The notes beneath the pieces are model-generated. The model made no database searches. It was not told the DNA's origin and saw only the letters and a program-made list of their open reading frames with translations. From Lama guanicoe (Eukaryota): 64,000 bases of DNA. Shown piece after piece: positions 13,441-25,961 of the stretch. A program made the position numbers and the translations under genes. The first letter of the stretch is position 1; every line of letters starts with the position of its first letter. The DNA is taken from assembly GCA_013239625.1 (NCBI GenBank), contig MU054220.1:8157367-8221366 (forward strand). The letters are read 5' to 3'.

Positions 13441-13949
13441 TGGGAGCTGCAATAACATTTCTGGGTAAGGCAAATAAACCTTAAAATAGATTTTATATCT
13501 TGATTTTCAATTAATATTTTATCATAGGCAACTTTCTTGCTTTAACATAAAATTCAGTTTAAATTTTTTTGTTTTTTTTTCCCCCACAGTTCATTTTTTA
13601 AACAATGTAAAATTTTCATTAACAGTTGTTCTGATACTTAGCAATGATATTTTGGATTTGGAAACATTTTCCCAATTATTTTAATTAATTGTAAGTGGCT
13701 GTTGTTTATGAATGTTATTTGGCCTTTTTTTTTTCCTGTGTGTCGTATTGCCGCTCCCTTATGCTGGGTTTCTCACAGTGGTACTAATAGGATCAAGTTG
13801 CAGGAGCATTTGATGGCCATTGATGCCTATTGCCACATTGAATTCTAGATGGTTTGTATCAGTTCACACTGCCACTGTAAATGTATGAGAGCATTCATTT
13901 TACTCCATCCTCGACAGATTTATTCAGCGACATATTGTTTGACAATTTG

Positions 13950-14137
13950 TTTTTTTCAGTGAATTAATTTTTTATTGTAGTCAGTTTACAATGTGTCAGT
14001 TTCTGGCGCACAGCATAATAGTTCAGTCATACGTATAGTATACATGCATATATTCCTTTTCATATCCTTTTTCATTGTAGGTTACTACAAGATGTTGAAT
14101 ATAGTTCCCTGTATACAGTATGAACTTGTTGTTTATC
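13950..14137 (-). mobile_element. Young camelid/cetartiodactyl L1 3' stub
   Basis: gtagtcagtttacaatgtgtcagtttctggcgcacagcataa...ggttactacaagatgttgaatatagttccctgtatacagta; near-identical in style to the copy at 62744. Confidence 0.85.
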
Positions 14138-14156
14138 AGTTTGTTAAATGACATGG

Positions 14157-14563
14157 TATCTTTGTATTTTCTCAGAAGCAGACCTGAGGCCAGGATTTTC
14201 GTGCAAGTAGTTTATTTGGGAGGTGGTCACAGGAAGCATCCAGAGATGAAACAAGAAGGGAAGGGAGCCAATAGAAGGAGCTTTATTAAGTCAGTTTAAT
14301 TTAAGCCTACTGGGAAAACTCTGGGAGCCAGCATAAATGGACGGCCTCAAAGGTATCCCAACCAAGCAGGGAGGCAACTGAGGTATTTATACGCCAACTC
14401 CTGTTAACCATTGGTTGAGGCTCCTCTTGCCGCCTTACATCAGCTGGAGCTTCTGATTGGCAACATGGCTGGGAAAGCATGAAAGGCAAGGGATAGTGCA
14501 GATACACAGAGCAGCTAGCAACTGGCTGGGGATGAGTGTGGACACTGACAGCACTGGCCACAC
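14157..14563 (-). mobile_element. LTR33-like ERVL solo LTR
   Basis: cagaagcagacctgaggccaggattttcgtgcaagtagtttatttgggaggtggtcacaggaagca matches the reverse of the LTR33 3' end. Confidence 0.8.
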
Positions 14564-15780
14564 ACAGTATCTTGTTCTTATTGCTTTTTTAGTATAACAG
14601 CAGTGATGACTGAAAAAAACCAAGGGATCGGCAGGGTGTGTTCAGCAGTTGCTGTGTACCAGGCACTCTGCTCACCCTGCACCCGCAATCCTCTCCTCTT
14701 CATTTTATCTCAGATTCCAAGACCCAAGCTATGTTGTTTTTGTTGTTGGCTATGTGTTAACTATATAGTTGATTTTTTTTCCAGAGATTTTTATTCTGAA
14801 TTCTGTAAACATAATTAAAAAAATAAAAACAAAACCTCACCACCATCCTTAATAGCATTCTTTTGTTCATCTTATATTGCTTTCTTGAGTTCCATTTTTT
14901 TAATTTATTTTTCAATATTCTCAAGACTTTTTTAACATACCTGGCTGAAATATTCATGAGGAATGCCTGCGTGAAATATTTTCTGAAGCTTCATATATTA
15001 AAAATTGTTTTTATTCTTTTCTGACATGATTAATAACTTGGTTGGATATAAACAGCTTGCTGCATGGTGGCCCTACTCAAATTCTTTCTTTACTTTTGTT
15101 AGTGGATTTAGAAAAAAAAATGAAGTAAAGCCAAAATGATTTTTGTGTGTGTGTTTAGGAAACTTTCTTTTCCTCCTTTGGAAATTTTGGGTATTTTTTT
15201 CTTTGTTACTTAAATATTAGAATAATTATTATTTAAGTCTGTATTTGTCACAAAACATTTAAATTAGTCTTTAAATTTTCCTCCTTATTTTAAGGTAAAA
15301 TTTATTTTTCTTTTTCGGTAAAAGCTTCCACCCTCTTTCTTCTATCTTCTGTTTTGATCAGACCTCATTTGCATAGTTTGGAATGCTAATACAAGTTCCC
15401 CCCCCCCAAAATTGTCCTTTAAAATACTTTCAACCTCATATTACTTTCCCCCATTGTTCTGGGCTTTTTCTTTCAAGTGTTTTCTCATTGTTACAGGATT
15501 ATATCTCAGGTTTCTCCTCTAAAATACAAATTTGAGACCGTTTCTAGCCCTACTCAAGCAGTCTGCCTGTAAATGTGTTTCCACATTCCAGGGCTTCTCG
15601 TATCTTCTGCTGTGCAAATCCAACATGCATGCAGACCCCAACTCAGAGTTATATGGGTAAAGAATTTAGCAAAATTAGATTCCAGGCTTCTCTTCCCACA
15701 GATAACAGTTTTTTTTTTCCCTTTGATTATTTGTTGTCCCCTTGATGTTGCTTAGAAAGGCATTGCCCCCACATGGGAGA

Positions 15781-15975
15781 TATACATACATATATATACA
15801 TATATAGATGCATATATTTATACACATATAAAGATATACATACATATATACGTATATCTATACATATATAAAGATCTACATATATAAATACATATACATA
15901 TACATGCATATATAAAAATATTTTTCATATATAAATATATTTGTATATGTAAAGTCTTTAAATATATGTATGTAC
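15781..15975. repeat. Degenerate (TA)/(TACA)n low-complexity tract
   Basis: Directly visible tatacatacatatatatacatat... run. Confidence 0.9.
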
Positions 15976-17758
15976 AGAAACCTCAAACTGTCTAAAGAAG
16001 TAAAGTTTTCAACTGTGTATCTATTTATATAACATGCTGAGGAATTCTTCCAATAACTGATCCCAGTGTTCTGTCAATCACGTGAATACTGTGACATTTT
16101 AGATTTCAACAGGGCCTTAAGGTAACCACACGCCCCTGCTCATCCCGGCCCCCACTTTAGACATGTAAATAGAGAAAAATGACACAGACAGCAGCAATGA
16201 ACTCAGCATGGAAAATCAGACCATGCGCAGGTTGTATGTGAGTCACCTGGGAGAATGAGGCTCCCTACGATAAACACAGTTCAGGAGCATTGCTTTATGC
16301 CACCTCCTTGCAGAAAAAGGACAAAAGACATTCTATAAAAAGTTTAACTCACATTAGAAGTACTGCATAAATTTTGTCTCTCAACTACGTATCAGTTTTC
16401 AGGTTCCCTCAACGACCACATGTCTAATGCAAAAAAATAGAAATAAAAGTGCATTTTACCTTAAGAACTTTATAAAAATGTGCATTTTTACGGAAAATCA
16501 CTTCACTTCATAAATTCTTGTCTAGAAACTAAAAGTATGGAGATGGGGAGGGCAGCAGGAGTGTGCCATGTGTTTTGATAAATATATAGAGAGAATATAT
16601 ATATGAGATTTATTCTCATATTAAATATATGTATGGCAGTGATAGTTTATTTCTGGGCTGTGACCTACCTAGTTAAATAAAAGTAGGAGGATACAGACTT
16701 GGTCCTAATTAATGAGGAATCCAGCCGACAGAACCAACATCCCATGTCTCTCAGAAAATAATGTACTTGCTACAGGAACTCCTGCTGGAAATGGGACGGA
16801 AAAGTCTAAGCAAAGTAAACTCCTTGGGAATGAGAAGACTGCTCAGTGATCAGGCCCGGAGCAAGGTCCAGGACTGCCTTGTCATCCAGCGTCATCTGAT
16901 GGGGAAGCTCAGAGGCTGTTCTGTCTGTCACCAGGGCACCCACGGATGAGTCACTAAATCATTCTCTTCATAAGTTAAGATTCTTGCTGGAGACAGAATT
17001 GAGACAAATAGCTCCATGGTTGGGGAGTGGCTGAAAAACAAGCAAGTCATAAATGTTGATAAAGGTTAATGGAACACACCTTGTCTCTGAATCATGTCTT
17101 TATAAACAGCTGATTAAGTGGTACTGAGAAAAGAACTATTGATGGAGCCCAAAGAACCAGACTCTGTGAAGAGGTAAAACAAGTAACTTCCTGCACTGGA
17201 TGATTTTAAGAGGCTAAAAAGCCTCAACAAATGTTCCTATTATCCCCCAAACTTTCGTTTATATATTTATCCAACACAATTTTGCAATAGTTTTTTTTTT
17301 CTTCCCCCTTGTCAAACTGCAGAATTCTAGAGTAGAGGTGGGGAAGACAGTGCTGTGCAGAGGTAAAAAGACGAGGGAGCTTGAAACTCTTGTCAGTCAT
17401 GTAGTCATAGGCATTTTGAAGTGTTTGTCGTTTTGTATTTTGGGGGTTTGTTTATTTAGCACAGTGCTTGGAAATACTGTGGATTCTCCAGAAATAGTTG
17501 TAGAACTTTTACTCAGGGTAAGTATAAAATCAGAATTCAGGAAGAGTCAGGAAGTACCAAATGACTGTTCGTTAGGGGTTGGTTGGGTGAAATGTCATTG
17601 AGTGGGGTACACATGAGTACAGGGGGTTAAGTGCCGAATGCAAGACCTGCCTTCTCTGCAGTGTGATTGGGACGAGAAAATGTGGCGCCCCTTTGAAAGA
17701 TCTTATATGCTCCTCCCATTATCCCGTTGCCTCCAGATATTCTCTCCCTTGGACATGA

Positions 17759-17760
<2 letters not shown>

Positions 17761-17792
<32 letters not shown>
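17761..17792. repeat. (CA)16 microsatellite
   Basis: Perfect run, visible in sequence. Confidence 0.98.
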
Positions 17793-17795
<3 letters not shown>

Positions 17796-18509
17796 CATCC
17801 CTTTGCCCTTCAAACTGGAACAGTCCCCGAGGTTGTCTCTGTAGAGGTAAAACAGGAATCAAACTACACACAAACATGTTTTTCTATCAATAAATTAAGG
17901 TTTTCAGACTAAATTGAAAAATGAAATCTTACTCCATTCATTCCCTGGCACTTTCTTGTCTGAGAAACGCAGTTGCTATTGTCAGTAAACGAGTCATGTT
18001 AGGAGAGGCCAGACATTCATCGTCTAACACCGGAAGCCTCCCCGTGCCCTGCTCAGAAAATGAAATCCTCTAAAAAAGCTCTGATGTATTCTGTCCCTGA
18101 AACGCTTTTCCCTGTTTCATAAAATTCAGAATGTGATTCAAGGCAGCCAGGAGAATTCAGTTTGGGATCATCTTAATGCTGTGAAACCTGTGATGACGGA
18201 TTAGGAATTATGAGCTTCACTGATGTCGCCTTTCAAATGTCCTTCAAAATTCTTTCCCAAAGATTCAACTTGGGATGCTGTGCTCCATGAGAAAGAATGA
18301 AAATAAACGATGCATCTGGTTTTTATGAAATCCTTTTATGAAATGAATCAATAGGTAAAAATCTACTGTTGGAATGGGGGGAATCTCAACAGCAAACACC
18401 AACATCAGAAACATCTGATGTGAGCACCAGCGAGCCGTCCCTCCTGGACAGCACCGGCCCGCACGGGGGGAGAAGAGCCCCGGCCTCTGCTTCGCGCTGT
18501 GCGTTAGAG

Positions 18510-18880
18510 CCATGCTTCTCAACTCATGTGCATACTCACAGACCTGCGTGGAATTCAGATTTTGATTCAGTAGGTCTGACATCCACTTGAACTCCTGCAT
18601 TTTTAATAAAATCCTAGGTGACGGCTTCCCAACCTCAGCACTATTAACACTTTGGACCAATTGAATTTCTGTTTGGGGGCCTGCCTTGCACAACATGGGA
18701 CGTTTGGCACTACCCCTGGCCTCTGCGCACTAGATGCCAACAGCACTCCCCTGACCAGTCGTGATAATCAGAGATGCTTCAGTGTTCACTAGAGGACCCC
18801 CCCCCCCAGGTGGGAATCACTGTCCTCGGGGATGCTGATGCTTCTGGTCTTGAGGAGTGAGATCTTTAGACGGCTCTAGG
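18510..18880. mobile_element. MER5A hAT-Charlie element split by a nested MER20
   Basis: cagattttgattcagtaggtctga...ctgcatttttaataaaatcctaggt | insert | tcctcggggatgctgatgcttctggtc. Confidence 0.75.
18620..18822 (-). mobile_element. MER20 nested in MER5A
   Basis: ttcccaacctcagcactattaacac...cctggcctctgcgcactagatgccaacagcactcccc...gggaatcactg. Degenerate 8-bp TSD tcctaggt/tcctcggg (6/8). Confidence 0.85.
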
Positions 18881-19672
18881 GGGGCTCTCCATTAACTATG
18901 TATCTGTCCCCGGGAGAGGAGTGGATGGGGCTCAGAGACTCTGCTCCCCTTCTTGACCAAGCTCTGGGTAACGCAGACCTGGGGATGTCCAGGCTTGTTT
19001 CTATGATTTATGAGCCCTCTCTATTGGATCTGTTGTCCCAAGGACTGACCGTGTCACAGATGCATATGCCCCCAGGCCTCCAGGAGGAGGGGCTGAAGGA
19101 ATACACACTGAGGCATGGACTGAGCTTGGACATGAGCTCAGGATGTCCACATGCTTTCAGTCCAGTGACTCTGCGGCAGGTGACAAGGGGAAGGAACGGG
19201 GGTGGGAGGACTGCAGGAGGGAGGCTGAGAAGGCCTTCCCCCCCATGCTGCCACGCTTCAGTGCAGAAACTCTTAAATGTCAGTATTTTGTGTTCAGGCT
19301 TGGCTTTCTACTTCATGATGAAGGTGTGCTTATCAAAGTAGGAGGCTAAAACATAGTTCATTTAATTGTCTTGATTTGTAACATTTAAATGTGTCCTATA
19401 TGAGCCTCCACGTATCTTCCTGCCTCAGACCCCACAAATACTGGGGCTGGCCTAATTTCAGGGCTGAGGGAGAATTCTGGATGTTCAACACCAAGAAAAG
19501 TTCCCAGTTATTTGGAAAAAGGAGTCCCTTAGTGTAAGAGAAAGTTAGGTTGCTTAACATGGAAGAAACGTGTTGGGACTCATGAAACTTAGCACAAAAC
19601 ATAAAGCTTAACCTGGCATACTTAGCTCCTTGTGGGACGTCTGACTCAGAGACCATCTTCTTTGAACTATGT

Positions 19673-19856
19673 CAGGCATGGGCAACTTTCCTGTAAAGTG
19701 TCAGTAAACAGTTTGGCCTTTGCAGGCCAAATGGCTCTGCTGCAGCTCCTCTCTGTTGTGGCTTGAAAGCAGTCATGGATAATGCATAAAACAGTGGACG
19801 TGGCTTGCTTCTAATCAAGCTTCCGTTACAAAAACTGACGACTTTGCGTAACCCTG
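19673..19856. mobile_element. MER58A-like hAT-Charlie element
   Basis: caggcatgggcaactttcctgtaaagtgtcag...ggcctttgcaggcca...gaaagcagtcatggataatgcataa...aaccctg. Confidence 0.8.
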
Positions 19857-20615
19857 TGCTGTTAACACTTGGGACCAATTAAATTTCTGTTTGGGGGCCT
19901 GCCTCGCACAGCGTGGGGCGTACTCCCCCTCAAGAAAAGGGATGTTGGTAGGAAATAATACTTAGTGTTGGCAGACAACTTCATGTTAAAATCAAACTGT
20001 ATACTGGGTGGAAGATGCAGGTGGAAATATAAGAGCAGTTTTGGGGCTTTTGTTGCAAGGTATTTTATCTTCATTTTGCCCACCTGGCCTCAGAATCTTG
20101 ACTGTAATGTTTGTCTTTCATTTAGTATTCGCCTTTTGATTATACTTATGCAACTATAATGATCATCAGTAACTTTAGTGAATACAAAAGTATCTCTCTT
20201 TGTTTCCTTCGTACACTTGCTCTTTCTTTAGCTGAACTCTAAATGCTCTGTGGGGTTAATTTTCTGCCTTTTTGTGCCCAACTTATGACTGAGTACGACT
20301 GAGCAGACAGGAGGTGAGTAGTAGGTTCTCCTGTTGGAAAGAAGTAAATTCTTAATTGCAGTGTGAGCTGAAAGCAGATTCTCCTTTTGGGAAGAAATAC
20401 GGATGGAATCCCATTTCCGCTATAAAAAATGCGTTATGTCTTTCCTGGCTGTTGCAGCTCACCGTCAGGTGGGTCACCAAGGCTGTTAGCAGTAATGTCA
20501 TTAGAACTACCCCTTTTCTTCATCCTGTAAACACCTCCAGCTTCTTAATAATTTATGTACAAGGCCTGAAGATATTGATTTGTCCATATTAGGATATCTG
20601 CCTAAGAGGGTGTCT

Positions 20616-20768
20616 TTTTTTAAATAGACTTGCTTTTTAGTGTAGTTTTAGGTTCCTCGCAAAGTTGAGAGGGAAGTACAGGTATTTCTCATATACCCGC
20701 TACCCATACGCAGCCTCTCCCGTATCAGTATCCCCCACCAGAGAGCTGCGTTTGTCGCAGCTCATGAA
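20616..20768 (-). mobile_element. Short L1MC-type 3' stub with imperfect TSD
   Basis: ttttaaatagacttgctttttagtgtagttttaggttcctcgcaaagttgag. Flanks aagagggtgtct and aagagtgtct. Confidence 0.8.
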
Positions 20769-21944
20769 AAGAGTGTCTCTCTGCCTTAAGACATCCATAT
20801 GCAACCACCTGACCATGATTTATCCAGAATGACAAAGAAATTAATTAAAAATTGAAACCGAGGACTATGTTCTCATTCTCTATCCTTTACTTGCAGTATG
20901 CATCAGGTTCTGGTGTGGGAAGGGAGGCAGGCTGATAAAACATTTGCAAGGCAGTGAAAATGTTTCCAGGCTGAAATATTCAAACATACATCTGCAAGGC
21001 CAAGAAGAAATATATTATACAGAGTACACGGAGAAAAGTGCTCCCAAGATAGAAAACCAAGGTTCCTTGCTCATTTCTGCCTAAAAGAGTTTTAAGGTCT
21101 TCATTCTTTTTTTCCAGTAGCTAATACATTCTCCAAACTCTGCAATTATCACACATGAGTAAAGCAGAGAAAATGTGCTGTGCTTTTCTACAGTACTTCT
21201 CAGTCTATCCTTGATAATAATAATGGTGATGGACAGGAGTTTTATTTCTGGAAGCACAGTCACCATGTAAAACCAAATTATCAGATTTCAGGGCCAAAAA
21301 GAACATTTCGTTGGATGTAATAGTTATAAATCATTCCTCTCTAGGATACTGGAAGTTGTGGCTTTTAGCAAAGAAATATATCAAATGTAGTTTAATATTG
21401 ATTTTTTTTTTCCTTTGGAAATGCATTTCAACCAAGAGGACCCCAAAGCTTAGTAAATCTACATGTAATTCTTATGCAGGTTACAGTTACACTTTCCCCC
21501 TTATTTTATTGAGAAATGTTTGTGACAGTTCATTCAGTTTATTCTCCCAAATCTGCCTTGCTGTCTGTGGGAGTGCCTCATGAGAACTGTGGCCACAGAT
21601 CTACTGAGAACATCAGAGTGTGTCCTGAAAAGGAATGAATGATCCCCTGAACAAATGCAACACCCCACAGCTCCCTTGTGGAGCTCCTACTCGAAAGAAG
21701 TGTCACGTGTGTGTGTTACCATACTTTGTCTCAGATAACCCCATCTCCCAAGCCATAATTGACTGGATTAGGTTATGTGCCTGGACAAAAAAATAGTGAG
21801 AATAACCCCCCAATATTGCTGTACAGCTGTCTTATGGGATTTTGTCTTAAGATACAGAGAGGTATTAAATCTAATGATACATACATGTCATAAGGAAATG
21901 AAAGATATGAATAAACATAAACCTTGAAGTAGAATAAACTTTAT

Positions 21945-22120
21945 ATTAACTACTTCCCATGGAACTTTCCACATAATGTTCATAAGCAAGAAAAATGATT
22001 TCCATCACAGCACAAATATGGGAAATGCTGAGTTAAATTAAGTTGGATGGATTTCTTTATTACAAAGTTTCTCAAAATGTTTAAAATACAAATATGAATT
22101 GTGAACCTCTGTGGAAAGTA
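21945..22120. mobile_element. Old hAT-Charlie MITE (MER113-like)
   Basis: gggaaatgctgagttaaattaagttggatggatttctttattacaaagtttctcaaaatgttt...tgaattgtgaacctct. Confidence 0.5.
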
Positions 22121-22852
22121 GTATCTGCAAATTTGGCTGTAGATCCTCCGTTGTGTTTTAAGTGAGTTTGTTAGCGTATCGTAGAACACTAGATTTACTT
22201 GAATACAGTTTAGAAAATGCTGAAATAGAAGAATATGGGAGAGGAGATTTCAAATAAATGTCACATTCACTGAATGCCCCACATGGCTGGAAGAGTAGGT
22301 TGACTGAAATGGGGAGGAATGGACACAGGTTGCAAAGGCATAGCAAAGTACTCTATCCATACACTGTCGCCCGGCTTCAAAGCTCCTTAAGGCTATTGAA
22401 TTGTGCTTCACTTTTATGAAGATTTGCTTTGAAATTTTGGAATTCTCTTTCGTTGTTCTGCTGTCCTTATATAAACATTCATCAGTTCGATGTATTAGAT
22501 CAATATAGAGCAATTCATCTAGTTCAGAGTTTCACCTGAGAATAGATTCCTTTTGCTCTAATTGAGTAAATATTTGAATGGAGACCTTTAGTAACAGAGG
22601 ATGGATAAAACAATGACAAGCCTGGTCATTGCCTGCTGCCTGAGCCAGTGGTAAAGAAACAAGAGGCTCTTAGACAGAAGTGCCATCGAGGGTTGGCGCT
22701 CTCCTACTCCAAGGGGAGTAAGAAGGAAGAGACCCATCAGGCTATGCTATGGTGGTCCTTGTGGCCAACAAACCGGGCTCTTCCCTTAGGCTTAGCTGAA
22801 TATCTGAGAACATTGCTTGTCTGTCATCATTTTCTTCCTCCTTCCAAGAGGC

Positions 22853-22910
22853 CCACCAGCACCACCAGCACCACCAGCACCACCGCTACCACTGCCACCA
22901 CTAGCATCAC
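22853..22910. repeat. (CACCAGCAC)n / (CAC)n degenerate microsatellite
   Basis: Visible repeat; produces the poly-Thr stretch of the chance ORF 22648-22986. Confidence 0.9.
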
Positions 22911-23015
22911 AAAATTATTGAAGGCGGCAATGTGCCCAGTTAAAAAGCACTGTTTCTTAGTTTTCTTTGTAGATAGGTGTGAATAAGGAGTTATTAACAC
23001 TAGTAGAAGTGGGGG

Positions 23016-23484
23016 TGTTGCTGGAGAATAGGTTCTTGTCTCGTGCAGGAAAGAATTCAAGAGCGAGGCTTGGTGAAGTGAATGTAGGTTTATTCAGGGA
23101 GATATACACTCTGTAGACAGAGTGTAGGGAGGCCCTAGGATACACACATTCCACGCACAGAATGCAGTCGGTCCCGCTCAGAAGGGAGAGTGGCCACGAG
23201 GTTAGTTTTTGTGGGCCGGGTAATTTCACATGCTAGTGAGTGGGAGGATCATTCCAATTATGTTGAGGAAGAGGTGGAGATTTCCAGGAATTGGGTCCCT
23301 GCCCATTTTTTGGCTTTTTCCAGTCAACCTGGGAACTGACATGTCTCCCATGGGTGTGCCATGGGGCTCAAGGTCGCCTGGAAGTCAAATCTTCTGCCAT
23401 CTTGGTTCTAACCAGTTTGTCCTGTCCTCAGTCGCTGTGTCATTCCTTCAGTGATTGTGCCCTGCCCTCTTCCCTCCTGTCTCA
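23016..23484 (-). mobile_element. ERV1-class solo LTR, 469 bp, with TSD
   Basis: TGTTG...TCTCA flanked by GGGGG on both sides (23011-23015, 23485-23489). Minus-strand AATAAA at ~23089. Confidence 0.9.
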
Positions 23485-25420
23485 GGGGGAGTCTTAGAAA
23501 GCCCTTTGTGTCCTTCCACTTTCTCTTCTGCCTGTTCCCTGGAATGTGGGTATGTGGGTGCAATGTCTTAAATGTCAGCAGCCATACTGAGATTGAGAGA
23601 GAAAGACCAGGACTGCCGTACCAACCACAGATGTCACATGTTTCAGCAGTTGCTGGACCAGAGCCAGACTCCACCCAACTCTGGAGTTCCGCGTGAACAA
23701 AGGGAGTGAACACTGTATGAAGGTTACTGTCTTCTTATGATCAGTTTACTTTTAATTGCATCTTTTGAGGGCCCTATTTATAACAGCCCAACCCAGTTAG
23801 TTATACAGCTTATACGAGAGAGGACAGCTGATCTCACCAGGCACAACAGAAAGGCAAAGACTGGAGAGCTGGTGTGGTAAACCAGTGCGCTCCAGATGGC
23901 CACAAGACATTCAAGTTTCTGACAATAACTGAATTTAATCCCGTCTTCTAAGCAGAGTACCAGGCGTTTGGGGATTATTGGGCTACCCAAGCACAAGAAA
24001 CACGTTATAAAGTGCATCACTGAAAACCCATCACACCCTCAGTTCAAACACAGCCTCTTCACTTGGGCCTTAACTACTGCATTATGGTCTGTTTCCACCA
24101 GCTAATTTCATATTTAATGCATAAGGGATCCTGCTATTTGGTAATATAACTTTATAATGAAAGAGAAAACTTCTTTTTTCTGAAGTAGCATTTGTTTTCA
24201 GGACCCAAGTACAAAAATTAAGTCCCAGAGACCCAGGTCAATACTGGGAAGATCCTGAATGAGTATTAAGATTCATGTAACTTACTGTCTTAATTAACCA
24301 CAAATTTATGTACACTTGCAATCCGCCATGCCTTTGTGAAGAATATATTGGAAAGAGGAAAAAGGTCTTAGAATAAATGAGGACAAGATATTTAAGGAGG
24401 TTTGGATATAACATAGAAGATGAGCTGCATGGACATAACTTGGCTCCACAACACATGTCTTTACCTCTCACTAGCTGTGCATATGTGTTAATATACTGAC
24501 AAATATTTATAATCAGTGTATTGAAGAAACTTGAGTTTTGGAATGCAATTCTGAAAGCCATTGATTTTTGTCACCCACTGTCACTTTAAAATTTATTCTG
24601 AGGCAGTAATATCCCCTTTGCCATTGGTTGAAAGCACGAGCAGAACCCCCCATATCTTTTCTTGACATTCATAGATAATAAAAAGCTACGGGTAAATTTA
24701 ACTAACAAATCTTACTTTCAATTATGAAAATTAGAGTGCGTGATTCATCCCTCTGCTTTTTATTCAGAGGTGAGACCACCGAGCCAGACTTAACAATCAG
24801 AGACCTTGCTTACTCCTCTCACTTGCCCCAGAGCGCTGTGGTTCTGGGATGCAGGGAGGGAAGCAGAGAAAGCCAGGCTGCACGCCTTCGTCTGCGTGTC
24901 TTTGCACTCTTTGGGCTCTGTGGTTAATTACGATAGAAACACTCTTTCATGGGAACCTTCTTGGTGTCTCTGGAGGCTGCTCTGATTTTGACTCCCAAAC
25001 TGACTCTACTTCAGCCCCTGTTCTCACCTTTGACTCTGGGGTCTGGTACCTTACTGCTCATGGACTGTCTTTCTTAAAAGCATCCATTACTTTGCAGTAG
25101 AAGTCATACTCAAAAAGATTCCTCTAAAACTGTATTTTGCAAGATGCTTACCACTGGTTCTGTGTTGGGTCCCAAAGATTTATGTCGCTGAGCACATCTC
25201 CCTGAGCAGTCCTTCACTGTGCCTCAGGGCGATGGTCAGCCCTCCAGCTTTGGAATCCTCAGACTAGTGCGTTATGTCCATTGGAATCAAATAGGCAAAA
25301 ATAAGAAACACATAAAGGATAGGAAATATGTAAAAATGTTAACAGTTGGTTAGCTGGTCTTGGCCTTGGCTGCATGGAAGCTTTAACTGTCTTTCGTTAT
25401 ACTTTCCAAATGTTTTTATG

Positions 25421-25961
25421 TGAATGCTGAGTCCTTGGCCAAATTAGCCAAGGTCCTCCGAGCCCTCTTCTTAATTAGGCTTTAATCTTAGCCCATAAAG
25501 CGTCAAACAGACACACTAACGTAGCTTCTAATAGCTCAAGGCCATACCCCTTGGATGATCTTTGCCCTCCTTAAAGTACCTGCCTGAGAAAACTCGAGGC
25601 TGGCAAAAGAATTCACTGCTTGCTCCAGCCAGCACCTGAAGATGGGGTGCTGCCTCCCAGCTTCTGTGACAGGGTCGGAGCCCAGCTTTGAAAGCAACAG
25701 TTAAGAAGCCCAAATGGGTTTCACGAGGACTGACCAACTCTTTTTCCTTTTTGTAATTTTTCACTTCCCTGACTCTGCTGAGCTCCCGCTGAGGCTCCTC
25801 CTTGTTCCCTAGTTTGCCCTTTAAAATGTCCAATTACCCCCGTACAAAGCAAAGTTGAGTTCAGTTCATGCTGGACTCTTTTCCGTTTGGCAAGAGTATA
25901 TCATTGATTAAAATCTGTCCTGAGCACTTTAACTGGTGGCCGGCTTTGTTTATCTTTGCCA
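25421..25961 (+). mobile_element. MER31-like ERV1 solo LTR inserted in an L1ME 3' remnant
   Basis: tccttggccaaattagccaaggtcctccgagccctcttc...gcaaagttgagttcagttcatgctggactc...gctttgtttatctttgcca. The flanks join into an L1 3'-UTR-like sequence. Confidence 0.8.

Larger units (their letters stand above)
13540..14620 (-). mobile_element. Ancient L1ME-like fragment hosting two nested insertions
   Basis: gtatcagttcacactgccactgtaaatgtatgagagcattcattttactccatcctcgacag and atggtatct...ttattgct, both typical reverse L1 ORF2 end. Confidence 0.6.

Noticed and set aside
18420..18455. REST/RE1 half-sites GAGCACC and GGACAGCACC (also a lone GGTGCTGA at ~51083)
   Set aside because: The halves are about 26 bp apart start to start versus 11 in the canonical site; the other is only a half-site.
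18898..19341. Longest ORF in the track (147 aa), and the 143-aa ORF at 18265-18696
   Set aside because: No recognisable domain and no convincing exon structure. The second ORF overlaps MER5A/MER20. The lengths are compatible with chance in locally GC-richer DNA.
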